24,132 bases of DNA from a virus (taxonomy: Duplodnaviria > Caudoviricetes), in the IMG/VR virus record IMGVR_UViG_3300020044_003683, positions 1-24,132 of that record. One strand, written 5' to 3'. Positions 16,291-24,132 of this stretch are shown piece by piece. Made by a program: the position numbers and the translations under genes. The notes beneath the pieces are model-generated. The model was not told the origin of the DNA and did no database searches. It saw nothing but the letters and a program-made list of their open reading frames with translations. Within the stretch, counting starts at the first letter, position 1, and each line of letters opens with the position of its first letter.

Positions 16291-19074
16291 ATGAGTAATT
16301 TAACTAACAATAGGATCCAAGACACTTACGGTGGTGTGTTAAACGTCGGACCAGCGGGTGTGACAGGATCTAACCTAGTCCAAGTCACAGACGGATTTGG
16401 CAACCCAATCCCAATAGAAGTATCTAACGGAGAAGTTCACTTTACAGGTGTTGTAACTCTAGGTTCAAATGGAACTGCAGGATTTGCAGGTTCAAGTGGA
16501 ACTAGTGGAACATCAGGATCTGCAGGAACTTCTGGTTCTGCTGGTAGTTCTGGATCTTCAGGTTCTGCTGGCAGTTCTGGTACTTCTGGAACATCTGGTA
16601 TTGACGGATCACAAGGTGTTAGTGGATCTTCAGGTTCTAGTGGAACTTCAGGATCTGCTGGAACTTCAGGTAGCAGGGGCACCTCCGGATCTAGTGGAAC
16701 TTCTGGAACATCAGGAGTTAGTGGATCACAAGGTGTTAGCGGATCTTCAGGTTCTAGTGGAACGTCAGGTACAAATGGACAAGGATTTACTTATCAAGGA
16801 GATTGGGTTAACACAACAACTTATTTACCATACGACGTTGTAACTTACAAAGGTAGTGCATGGATAACTCCAACTGTTAGTTTAAACGAAATTCCAGGAG
16901 TTGCTGGACAATGGTATTTATTTGTAAGTAAAGGAAATGATGGATCATCAGGAACGTCAGGAACATCTGGTATCGATGGATCACAAGGTGTAAGCGGATC
17001 TAGTGGATCATCAGGAAATAATGGAACAAGTGGTTCAGCAGGAACTTCTGGTAGCGGAGGCACCTCCGGATCTGCAGGAACTTCAGGAATTTCAGGTAGC
17101 AGTGGCACCTCTGGATCTGCTGGAACTTCAGGTAGCGAAGGCACCTCCGGAACTTCTGGTACATCGGGTTTAAATGGAACGAGTGGTTCAGCAGGAACTT
17201 CAGGTACTTCTGGAACTTCAGGAATAGACGGATCGCAAGGTGTTAGTGGATCAGCAGGAACTTCTGGTTCTAGTGGAACTTCTGGGATTAATGGATCTTC
17301 TGGATCTTCTGGAGCAAATGGATTAGCAGGTTCTGCAGGAACTTCTGGTATTTCAGGTAGTAATGGATCATCTGGATCTGCAGGTACGTCTGGTACTTCA
17401 GGAGCAAACGGTGATTCTTCTGGACAAATCTATTATTTCAACCAAAGTCAATCTGCTGGAGTTAATTCATATAGAGTAATTTCAAAAGATCCTTCTGGTG
17501 CTGCACAACAAACTGTAACAACTAACTTAACCAACAGTCAACAAAATGTAATGGTATCTACGGGATTCATTACCCCGCAGTTAGGATTTAGTGTTATCCC
17601 TGGTGGAGTACAAAGATTCCATTTCCATTTTTTAAAACAAGCATCTAATGATCAGGTTCAAGCATATGCAACTATTCAATTAGCAGATTCAAGTGGAACC
17701 CCAATTGGCTCTGTTATTAGTTCAGGATCTTCAGAAATTGGATGGGTAAGTAACACAGTACCTGCTGAAGTTACGTGTGATCTTACACTACCTACAACTA
17801 CAATTGATCCTACTAACAGAATGATTGTAAAAATCTATTTGAACAACAACGATAGTAGTTCACATAGCATTGTTTGGTACACTGAGGGAACAAGTTATTA
17901 TTCATTCGTTAATACAACTACGGGGGCAGCATCTGGAACTTCTGGAACTTCAGGTTTAAATGGATCTTCTGGATCAGCAGGGACTTCAGGTTCTTCTGGA
18001 AATAATGGTACTTCCGGTTCTGCTGGAACCTCGGGAACTTCAGGTTTAAATGGATCTTCAGGTGCTTCAGGAGCAAATGGATCTTCTGGATCTTCAGGAG
18101 CAAATGGATCTTCTGGTAGTTCAGGAGAAAACGGAAGTGCAGGATCATCAGGTACATCTGGTAATGGAACTGCAGGATCTTCTGGTACCTCAGGAACTTC
18201 GACTTCAATAGCAATTCAACCAAACACATTCTTAAGTCAAACAGGTGGTGCTAATACATTTGGTACTTCTGGTACAATGTGGGGATATGGGGGAATATTT
18301 CAATTCACGCCAAGTAGTGTTGGTACCATTTTTATACAATGGACAGGATCTTCCACATTTAGAGAATATCCGGGAACAAATTTTGGTCCCGAAGTACATC
18401 AATTAGTTTATGGGACAGGAACACCACCTGCAAATGGTGTTGCTTCAACAGGAACAATTGTAATGGCTTTACTAATAGGAGGTGACACAGATTCACAAAG
18501 AACAGATTTAGTTCTTTCGGGTGTAGTTTCTGGATTAACACCTGGAGTCACTTATTGGTTTGATCTTAGTTCTTATCTTACAGGAACTCCAAGTCCAATG
18601 ACCATGGGATTTGCTGGGGATGTTTATTTCTCAGCAGTTGAATTAGCTGGAGCAAAAGGAGCAACAGGACCTGCTGGTACAAGCGGAGGTGGTGGATCTG
18701 GTACTTCTGGATCTTCAGGAGCAAATGGAACATCAGGATCTTCAGGAACAAATGGAGCAACTGGTGCTACTGGACCAACTGGTCCTGCTGGTACAAGCGG
18801 TGGTGGATCTGGGGTTAAGTTGTTAACAAATCAAACTCTTTCACAAATTGTTTGGGGATTTAATAGTCCTTATTATACTTACGTAGTTACTGATGCTTCA
18901 ATTGTATCTACATCCGTAGTGGATTTCACCCCTTATAATGCTTACGCAAACGTTGTATCAGCAGCAAGAGTACTTCCATACATTGCATCAACTTCAGGAT
19001 CTGCTACAATTTATTCAACTTTTCTTCCTGGTTCAGATATAATTGGAAATGTAACAATAACCCAAACTATTTAA
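16291..19074 (+). CDS. Collagen-like (Gly-X-Y, Ser/Thr-rich) fibre protein
   Basis: 927 aa; four Gly-X-Y blocks (GTS/GSS/GSA) separated by globular domains, including a carbohydrate-binding-like FTYQGDWVNTTTYLPYDVVTYKGSAW module. Confidence 0.8.
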   Translation: MSNLTNNRIQDTYGGVLNVGPAGVTGSNLVQVTDGFGNPIPIEVSNGEVHFTGVVTLGSNGTAGFAGSSGTSGTSGSAGTSGSAGSSGSSGSAGSSGTSGTSGIDGSQGVSGSSGSSGTSGSAGTSGSRGTSGSSGTSGTSGVSGSQGVSGSSGSSGTSGTNGQGFTYQGDWVNTTTYLPYDVVTYKGSAWITPTVSLNEIPGVAGQWYLFVSKGNDGSSGTSGTSGIDGSQGVSGSSGSSGNNGTSGSAGTSGSGGTSGSAGTSGISGSSGTSGSAGTSGSEGTSGTSGTSGLNGTSGSAGTSGTSGTSGIDGSQGVSGSAGTSGSSGTSGINGSSGSSGANGLAGSAGTSGISGSNGSSGSAGTSGTSGANGDSSGQIYYFNQSQSAGVNSYRVISKDPSGAAQQTVTTNLTNSQQNVMVSTGFITPQLGFSVIPGGVQRFHFHFLKQASNDQVQAYATIQLADSSGTPIGSVISSGSSEIGWVSNTVPAEVTCDLTLPTTTIDPTNRMIVKIYLNNNDSSSHSIVWYTEGTSYYSFVNTTTGAASGTSGTSGLNGSSGSAGTSGSSGNNGTSGSAGTSGTSGLNGSSGASGANGSSGSSGANGSSGSSGENGSAGSSGTSGNGTAGSSGTSGTSTSIAIQPNTFLSQTGGANTFGTSGTMWGYGGIFQFTPSSVGTIFIQWTGSSTFREYPGTNFGPEVHQLVYGTGTPPANGVASTGTIVMALLIGGDTDSQRTDLVLSGVVSGLTPGVTYWFDLSSYLTGTPSPMTMGFAGDVYFSAVELAGAKGATGPAGTSGGGGSGTSGSSGANGTSGSSGTNGATGATGPTGPAGTSGGGSGVKLLTNQTLSQIVWGFNSPYYTYVVTDASIVSTSVVDFTPYNAYANVVSAARVLPYIASTSGSATIYSTFLPGSDIIGNVTITQTI
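16462..18810 (+). repeat. Four blocks of 9-nt-period degenerate coding repeats (approx. 16462-16785, 16933-17424, 17923-18200, 18649-18810)
   Basis: Recurrent ggaacttct / ggatcttca / ggttctgct units encoding Gly-X-Y; block edges approximate. Confidence 0.85.
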
Positions 19075-19075
19075 T

Positions 19076-21295
19076 ATGGCTTTTAAACTACCTATATCAA
19101 CATTAACAAATCCTACTAGGACTAAGATAACTTGGACACGTCCAGCAGATTGGCCATCGATTACAAAAACTACTAATGAGGTAAAATTCTTGGTATCTAA
19201 TATTGGTGCAGCATTTTATTCTATAAGTACAGTTTTTACTAAAAACTCAGGAACAAATCTTTATATTGATTGGGGTGATGGAACAACTGATACAATATCA
19301 ACTGCAACAGCAACTACAACAACGCATACTTATACTTCAGGTGGAACACCATGTACTAGAGGTTATAATACTTTCGTTGTTAGAATTTACACAGATTCAA
19401 CATCAGTTATTAATAACTGTAAATTTATTACACCTCCAGCAAAAACATCATTTCCGAATACCACAACTGCTACCCTTTCATTACTAGGGGTTTTGGAAGC
19501 TTATTTTGGAAATGGTACCATGACCGACAGTTCTGCTTTTGCAGCAACTTATTATAGTGGTAACGTTGCTACTGCAGTACCATCAATTCCTTATTTAGAA
19601 AACGTTGAAATGCCTGATACTTTAACAGGACCAACAAATTGTTTTCAAGCATTTCAAAACTGTGTAGGATTAAGAAGATTTGTTTTTCCACAAAATACAG
19701 GAACAGCAACCAATTTTGGTAACTTTTTAGCTAACTGTTGGAATGTTTATGATATAACTTTATGGACAACTACAGGTGCTTCTTTGACTAATATGTCTCA
19801 GATTTTTACAAACAACTATTCACAATGTAATCCGTTAGATTTTACCGGGGTTAGTTTAGCAAATATCACAACATTGAATAATGCTTTTGCTCAGAATTAC
19901 AATCAGACAAGCATTACTTTACCAACAATGACTGCTTGTTTAGATTACACCCAGGCTTTTGGTAACTGCACTGCTTTAATTAATTTTACAATAGCTGGAA
20001 TGGCCCAATCGGGTACAATCAATGCTACAAGTATGTTTACTAGTTGTAATAGTTTAGCAAATGTAACTTTTCCAAATACTATAGGAGGATCAGCACTTAT
20101 TAATGGAACTAGTATATTTACTAGTTGCTCTTCTATATTATCTATTAAATTACCTACTGATTGGAATCCTACAACAATGGCTGGTGCATTTTCTGGTTGT
20201 TCTGCTTTATTGTACATATCAATGCCAACCAGTATGCCTAATTGTACATCTTGGAGTACTGCTTTTACTTCCTGCCCAAATTTACAATCAATAGCTATAC
20301 CTACTTCATCTACAGCTGGTTATACAATCAATGGAGCCTTTAATTTTTGCCGTTCACTAACTTCTATCACTTTTGGTAATTCAGCTTTTATTACTGGTTC
20401 ATTACAAAATTCATTCCAAAATTGTAATTCAGTTATAACTTTAGATTTAACTGGAGCAACTGGAATAACCATATTAACAGGTGCTTTTATAAACTGTTTT
20501 AATTTAAAAACTATTACTTTACCATCAAGTTTAAGTTCTTGCACAGCTTTAGATAGTGCATTTAGTAGTTGTTATGCTTTACAAAGTTTAACATTTCCAA
20601 GTACAATGAATGCTGTTACTACTATGACTAGTATGTGTATTAACTGTTATCAGTTAACCAGTGTAACACTGCCTACATCAATGAGTTCTCTTGTTAATTA
20701 TTCTTCTAGTTTTAATAACTGTGTCAGTTTAAAAACTTTAACAATGCCTGCAACAACTAATACTAACGTAAGTTCAGTAAATACAGCTTTTTCAGGCTGT
20801 TCATCTTTAATAAGTTTAACCCTACCAACAACACAATCTAATGCTATTTCTGCTATGACTAATATGATTGGTTCATGCAGTTCTTTAACATCAATTACAA
20901 ACACAGATAAACTCGGTAGTAATTCAACAACCGGTACTATAGTAGCAGGAACTAACTTTTCTTTAGGTTCAGAATTATTAACAGGAACATTAACCTTTAG
21001 CTGCAGATTATCAGTATTATTTGTTGGATCTGGCGTTTCAACCATTTATTCAAACTTAACAGGATTAAGGTTAACAAACACAGGAAGTGGTCAATGGGGT
21101 GGTATTTCACCTCAAATTGATATTAATAGAACTAACATTGGTTACACTAACCTGGTCACATTGTTTAATGATATTGCTGCTCAAGGAACAGTAACTAGTA
21201 AAACTATAAACATTACAAACTGTGCTGGAGCAGCAAGTTTAACTGCATCAGATAGACTAATTATAACTTCAAAAGGCTGGACTATAACCGGATAA
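19076..21295 (+). CDS. BspA-type leucine-rich-repeat protein, putative adhesin or receptor-binding protein
   Basis: 739 aa; N-terminal WTRPADWP, PKD-like YIDWGDG, about 17 repeats of type AFxxCxxLxxITLP, C-terminal ITSKGWTITG. Confidence 0.8.
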   Translation: MAFKLPISTLTNPTRTKITWTRPADWPSITKTTNEVKFLVSNIGAAFYSISTVFTKNSGTNLYIDWGDGTTDTISTATATTTTHTYTSGGTPCTRGYNTFVVRIYTDSTSVINNCKFITPPAKTSFPNTTTATLSLLGVLEAYFGNGTMTDSSAFAATYYSGNVATAVPSIPYLENVEMPDTLTGPTNCFQAFQNCVGLRRFVFPQNTGTATNFGNFLANCWNVYDITLWTTTGASLTNMSQIFTNNYSQCNPLDFTGVSLANITTLNNAFAQNYNQTSITLPTMTACLDYTQAFGNCTALINFTIAGMAQSGTINATSMFTSCNSLANVTFPNTIGGSALINGTSIFTSCSSILSIKLPTDWNPTTMAGAFSGCSALLYISMPTSMPNCTSWSTAFTSCPNLQSIAIPTSSTAGYTINGAFNFCRSLTSITFGNSAFITGSLQNSFQNCNSVITLDLTGATGITILTGAFINCFNLKTITLPSSLSSCTALDSAFSSCYALQSLTFPSTMNAVTTMTSMCINCYQLTSVTLPTSMSSLVNYSSSFNNCVSLKTLTMPATTNTNVSSVNTAFSGCSSLISLTLPTTQSNAISAMTNMIGSCSSLTSITNTDKLGSNSTTGTIVAGTNFSLGSELLTGTLTFSCRLSVLFVGSGVSTIYSNLTGLRLTNTGSGQWGGISPQIDINRTNIGYTNLVTLFNDIAAQGTVTSKTINITNCAGAASLTASDRLIITSKGWTITG

Positions 21296-21305
21296 TATAT
21301 AGCAT

Positions 21306-21515
21306 ATGAGATACAAACTATTTAACGAACCTGGTATTTACAGGGACATAGAAACATTAGAACCGAAAAATCTTTTAGAGGTTAACATTGCATGGACTCC
21401 GGAAGGGGAAAATGTTGGTTGGGACGAGTTCGCAAATATAGAAGAAGCTATGGCAGCTTACAATATTGAACTAATTCCAGAAGAAACTGAAGAGGAAATA
21501 ACCAATCAACTATAA
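21306..21515 (+). CDS. Small acidic hypothetical protein (possible partner of the LRR protein)
   Basis: 69 aa, WTPEGENVGWDEFANIEEAMAAY; directly follows the LRR gene. Partner role is inference. Confidence 0.65.
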   Translation: MRYKLFNEPGIYRDIETLEPKNLLEVNIAWTPEGENVGWDEFANIEEAMAAYNIELIPEETEEEITNQL

Positions 21516-21518
21516 AAT

Positions 21519-21526
21519 CATACTTA
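21519..21526 (+). promoter_or_regulatory. CATACTTA intergenic motif upstream of portal
   Basis: Exact 8-mer 7 nt before ATG 21534. Confidence 0.6.
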
Positions 21527-21533
21527 CAACTAT

Positions 21534-22661
21534 ATGAGTCAAATATTCAAATTCCAAACCAACTTTGTACCAGATCCTACAGTTCCTCAGATCTTCAAGG
21601 ATCGTGTGCACAACTGGTATCGTTATGGGGAAAGTAATCTTTATCCACAGTACATAACTGAACTTTATAACAAATCATCTTTGAATCGCAGATGTATTCA
21701 AGCTAAATCTTATGCAGCATTTGGTGAAGGTCTAAAAACATTAGATCCTAATCTTGAATACGTTTTAGGTAAAGCTAATCCATATGAAACTTGGAATGAC
21801 ATGTTTGAAAAGATTGTTCTTGATTATGTAATTTATGGTTGATTTGCTATCAACGTTATCTGGAACAAAACAGGTGATAAGATCTTAGATTTCTATCACG
21901 TTCAATTTGCTGATATCAGATCAGATGATTTTGATCCAGCAACAGATCGTGTTGAGTGGTATTACTATTGCACTGATTGGACACGTTACAAAAAACACAA
22001 ACCAATCAAGTATAAAAACTTTAATCCAGACGAAGCGATTGAGTATCCAAGTCAAATCTTTTATTGGTTTGACTATGCACCAGGGAATCGATTCTATCCT
22101 CTTCCAACTTACTCTGGATCTGCAACTGACATTCAATTAAATATTGAATTGTCAACTTATCATTTAAGTAACATTTCTAATGGACTTTCTCCTTCGCTCT
22201 GGATTAACTTTAATGGTGGACAACCAGATGCGTTACAACAAGCAGCATTGTACCAAGAAATCTCTTCTGCATTCAGTGGAGTTCAAAATGCTGGTAAGTT
22301 CTTTATGACATTCTCGAATTCGAAAGATGATGCACCGGACATCACTCCGCTCCAGTCAGTGAACGACGAATACTATATCAACGTATTGGATATGGTTAGA
22401 AGTTCAATTTTGACTGGGCATGGAATTTCTTCTCCGCTCTTACTTGGTATCAGAGATCAAGTTGGTGGTGGATTAGGATCAAACAAAGATGAAATGACTA
22501 TTGCTTGGAACCAATTCATGGAGTCAGTTATTAAACCAATGACTAAAGCACTATTAAAACCAATGGATCGTTTAATGTTCTATTCTGGTTACAATACCAA
22601 GCTTTATGTTGAACCATTAAAACCTTACGAAGCTGCTCAAGTAAGCACAGCAACATTATAA
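21534..22661 (+). CDS. Portal protein, 375 aa, containing one in-frame TGA at 21840-21842
   Basis: Track ORFs 21534-21842 and 22149-22661 share a frame, and my translation of 21843-22148 has no other stop. Portal-like motifs: YGESNLYPQY...LYNKSS, DYVIYG*FAINVIW, FYPLPTY, NISNGLSPS, FSGVQNAGKF, ILTGHGISSPLLLGI. Confidence 0.85.
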
Positions 22662-22671
22662 TTTAAAAAAC

Positions 22672-23313
22672 ATGTCTAACCCTATTGGAAATCCCGCCGT
22701 ACTCTTAGTATCTGAAGCGAAGATTAAATCCTTTACTTCGATCAACCAGAATGTAAGTCCAGCAGACTTACAACCACACATATTTGACGCCCAATTGATT
22801 GAGTTAACCAATTATCTTGGCCAGACCTACATGGACGCGTTATACGATGGTGTACGTGCTAATACGCTTAGTAATTTGGATAAGCATCTTCTTGATAACT
22901 ACGTTTCCCAAGTACTTTGTAATTATGGACTTTACCGTGCTCTACCTTGGATCTGGTCAAAAGTTTATAACAAATCTGTAATCAAGGGAACTACAGAAAG
23001 CGGCGAAACCGCCTCGATTTCAGAAATGCAGTTCTTGCAAGGTCAAGTACAAAAAACTGCTCAGTCTTATGTTCACCACATGTTGCTTTATCTAACTCAG
23101 CATGCACAAGAATATCCACTTTGGAATAATCCAAACATTCGTGATGGTGTACTTCCAATGAAAGGTCCAAACTACTTTAACCAATTGTCAATTCCTAATC
23201 CACGCACTTATGCGATCTGGCAACGTAGTGCTAGAATGGGTTGGGGAGCGTATGGCAATGGTGACGGTCCTGGTCTTTACTATGACTGCTACGATCTTCC
23301 AACTTCAAACTAA
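22672..23313 (+). CDS. Putative head-tail adaptor / connector protein
   Basis: 213 aa directly after portal; LLVSEAKIKSFT...NV...LQPHI..AQ...YLG pattern, helical. Function inferred from context. Confidence 0.6.
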   Translation: MSNPIGNPAVLLVSEAKIKSFTSINQNVSPADLQPHIFDAQLIELTNYLGQTYMDALYDGVRANTLSNLDKHLLDNYVSQVLCNYGLYRALPWIWSKVYNKSVIKGTTESGETASISEMQFLQGQVQKTAQSYVHHMLLYLTQHAQEYPLWNNPNIRDGVLPMKGPNYFNQLSIPNPRTYAIWQRSARMGWGAYGNGDGPGLYYDCYDLPTSN

Positions 23314-23315
23314 AA

Positions 23316-23465
23316 ATGGATAACATTAAAAAAATCTGCGTCAAGCTAAGTAAAACCTACAAGAGCTCTAAGCTGAATGAAAAAAAACTTAAATCCTTCC
23401 TCCAAACTAAATTGGACACCCCAGCATCTGTTCAATCAGGGGGTACTACCCAAGTTCAATCATAA
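23316..23465 (+). CDS. Small basic hypothetical peptide (49 aa), below the ORF-track cutoff
   Basis: ATG 2 nt after the adaptor stop; MDNIKKICVKLSKTYKSSKLNEKKLKSFLQTKLDTPASVQSGGTTQVQS, TAA; overlaps the next ORF by 89 nt. Confidence 0.45.
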   Translation: MDNIKKICVKLSKTYKSSKLNEKKLKSFLQTKLDTPASVQSGGTTQVQS

Positions 23466-24129
23466 AGAAGTTTGGGTTAAACACCCGACACTATTAGTAG
23501 AGGCGTCTAATAACGGGCGCCTCCGTCATCTTGAAGATGACGACAGAACTAATAGGGTGGATTCTTATTTGAGTTATCAATTAAAGAAAAATATTATTTG
23601 GTCTTGCTGGAATGCACAACTTGTTCCTGATAATTACACCGTAATCCATCTGAATGGCAACATAAACGATGAACGACCTGAGAATTTAGGCATAGTTAAC
23701 TATCAAGATAAAGAATATGTTGCTGCCAAACGTGCAGTTTTCCAGAAAGCTGTAGAGGAAATGCTCATTAAGGAAAAATTCTACATTGCTAAAGGATTTG
23801 ACATGTATGTTTTATGGGATATCTTAGGAGTTCCTAAAACATACATAAATGCTTGGGAACTTAAAAGTGATTGGGCTAAGGAAAATAAGGCACTCAAACT
23901 AGAGAAACCTTCTAAGAACAGAAAAAAGGTTTACACTGTTAAACCTGCAAAAGTTCGACAAGGAAGACCCAATAATCCTTATAAAGGTGTTTGCTGGAAC
24001 ACCAGAATGGAAAAATGGAAATGCACTTTTTATCATAGGGGTAAAAAACTTCATTGTGGTTATTTTGATGATCCTGCACAGGGTAATGAAGCTTATCAAG
24101 AAATTTGGAAACAATACCGAGGTGACTAA
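23377..24129 (+). CDS. HNH-like / AP2-domain protein (possibly degenerate endonuclease)
   Basis: NUMOD4-like EVWVKHP...EASNNGRLR, HNH-like VIHLNGNINDERPENL, C-terminal AP2-like YKGVCWN...KWKCTFYHRGKKLHCGYFDDPAQGNEAY. Confidence 0.7.
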   Translation: MKKNLNPSSKLNWTPQHLFNQGVLPKFNHKEVWVKHPTLLVEASNNGRLRHLEDDDRTNRVDSYLSYQLKKNIIWSCWNAQLVPDNYTVIHLNGNINDERPENLGIVNYQDKEYVAAKRAVFQKAVEEMLIKEKFYIAKGFDMYVLWDILGVPKTYINAWELKSDWAKENKALKLEKPSKNRKKVYTVKPAKVRQGRPNNPYKGVCWNTRMEKWKCTFYHRGKKLHCGYFDDPAQGNEAYQEIWKQYRGD

Positions 24130-24132
24130 CTA

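Larger units (their letters stand above)
1..24132 (+). mobile_element. Tailed bacteriophage (Caudoviricetes, siphovirus-like) packaging and structural gene region
   Basis: Dense, nearly all co-oriented ORFs including terminase, tape measure, prohead protease, capsid, tail tube and portal. No host housekeeping genes, integrase or att site seen, so free phage versus prophage cannot be decided. Confidence 0.95.

Noticed and set aside
16437-18760. CRISPR array, or real antisense/alternate-frame genes, in the repeat region
   Set aside because: Repeats are degenerate 9-nt coding units without unique spacers; the PEVP-rich antisense ORFs are shadows of the Gly-X-Y codons.
19325-19332. Internal CATACTTA copy (and similar 7-mers near 5446 and 18874) as promoters
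   Set aside because: They are inside coding sequence at roughly chance frequency and lack the intergenic, gene-start context.
19076-21295. Diversity-generating retroelement target in the LRR or fibre genes
   Set aside because: No reverse transcriptase and no template/variable repeat pair differing at adenines was seen in this window.
21843-21885. Selenocysteine insertion via a SECIS-like hairpin after the portal TGA (ttat ctg gaacaaaa cag gtg ataa)
   Set aside because: The hairpin is weak, no equivalent is evident after the HNH TGA, and neither site is a redox motif.
21534-22661. Two separate genes (102 aa and 170 aa) with an intron, intein or intervening ORF (21907-22140) between them
   Set aside because: The intervening 306 nt are open in the same frame and encode portal-like sequence; no splice-like or intein motifs seen, so one gene with one TGA is simpler.
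1-24132. tRNA (including an opal suppressor), rRNA, integrase or lysis genes
   Set aside because: Intergenic gaps are too short or occupied by terminators and no such features were recognised; they could lie outside the window.

Overview
The whole window is the packaging and virion-morphogenesis region of a tailed dsDNA bacteriophage. It looks siphovirus-like, and the host is probably Bacteroidota (A-rich leaders without Shine-Dalgarno motifs, plus a TAnnTTTG element). Gene order on +: terminase large subunit, two tail-completion-like genes, a tail assembly chaperone with a T10 frameshift site, two large tail-tip proteins, tape measure, a multidomain XkdF-type prohead protease, an antisense NUMOD4-HNH-AP2 endonuclease, scaffold, major capsid, major tail tube, a collagen-like fibre, a BspA-type LRR protein, portal, head-tail adaptor and a second HNH/AP2 gene. 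The main signal is two in-frame TGA codons, one in the essential portal gene (21840-21842) and one in the AP2 domain of the antisense HNH gene (12890-12892). Both frames continue intact to a TAA, and every other gene I call ends in TAA (one in TGA-TAA), suggesting sparse TGA recoding or readthrough. Also notable are a recurrent CATACTTA motif just upstream of structural-gene starts (candidate late promoter) and a prohead protease carrying HAD-, MuF- and Tudor-like passenger domains. All product calls come from motif recognition and gene context; no database searches were run.
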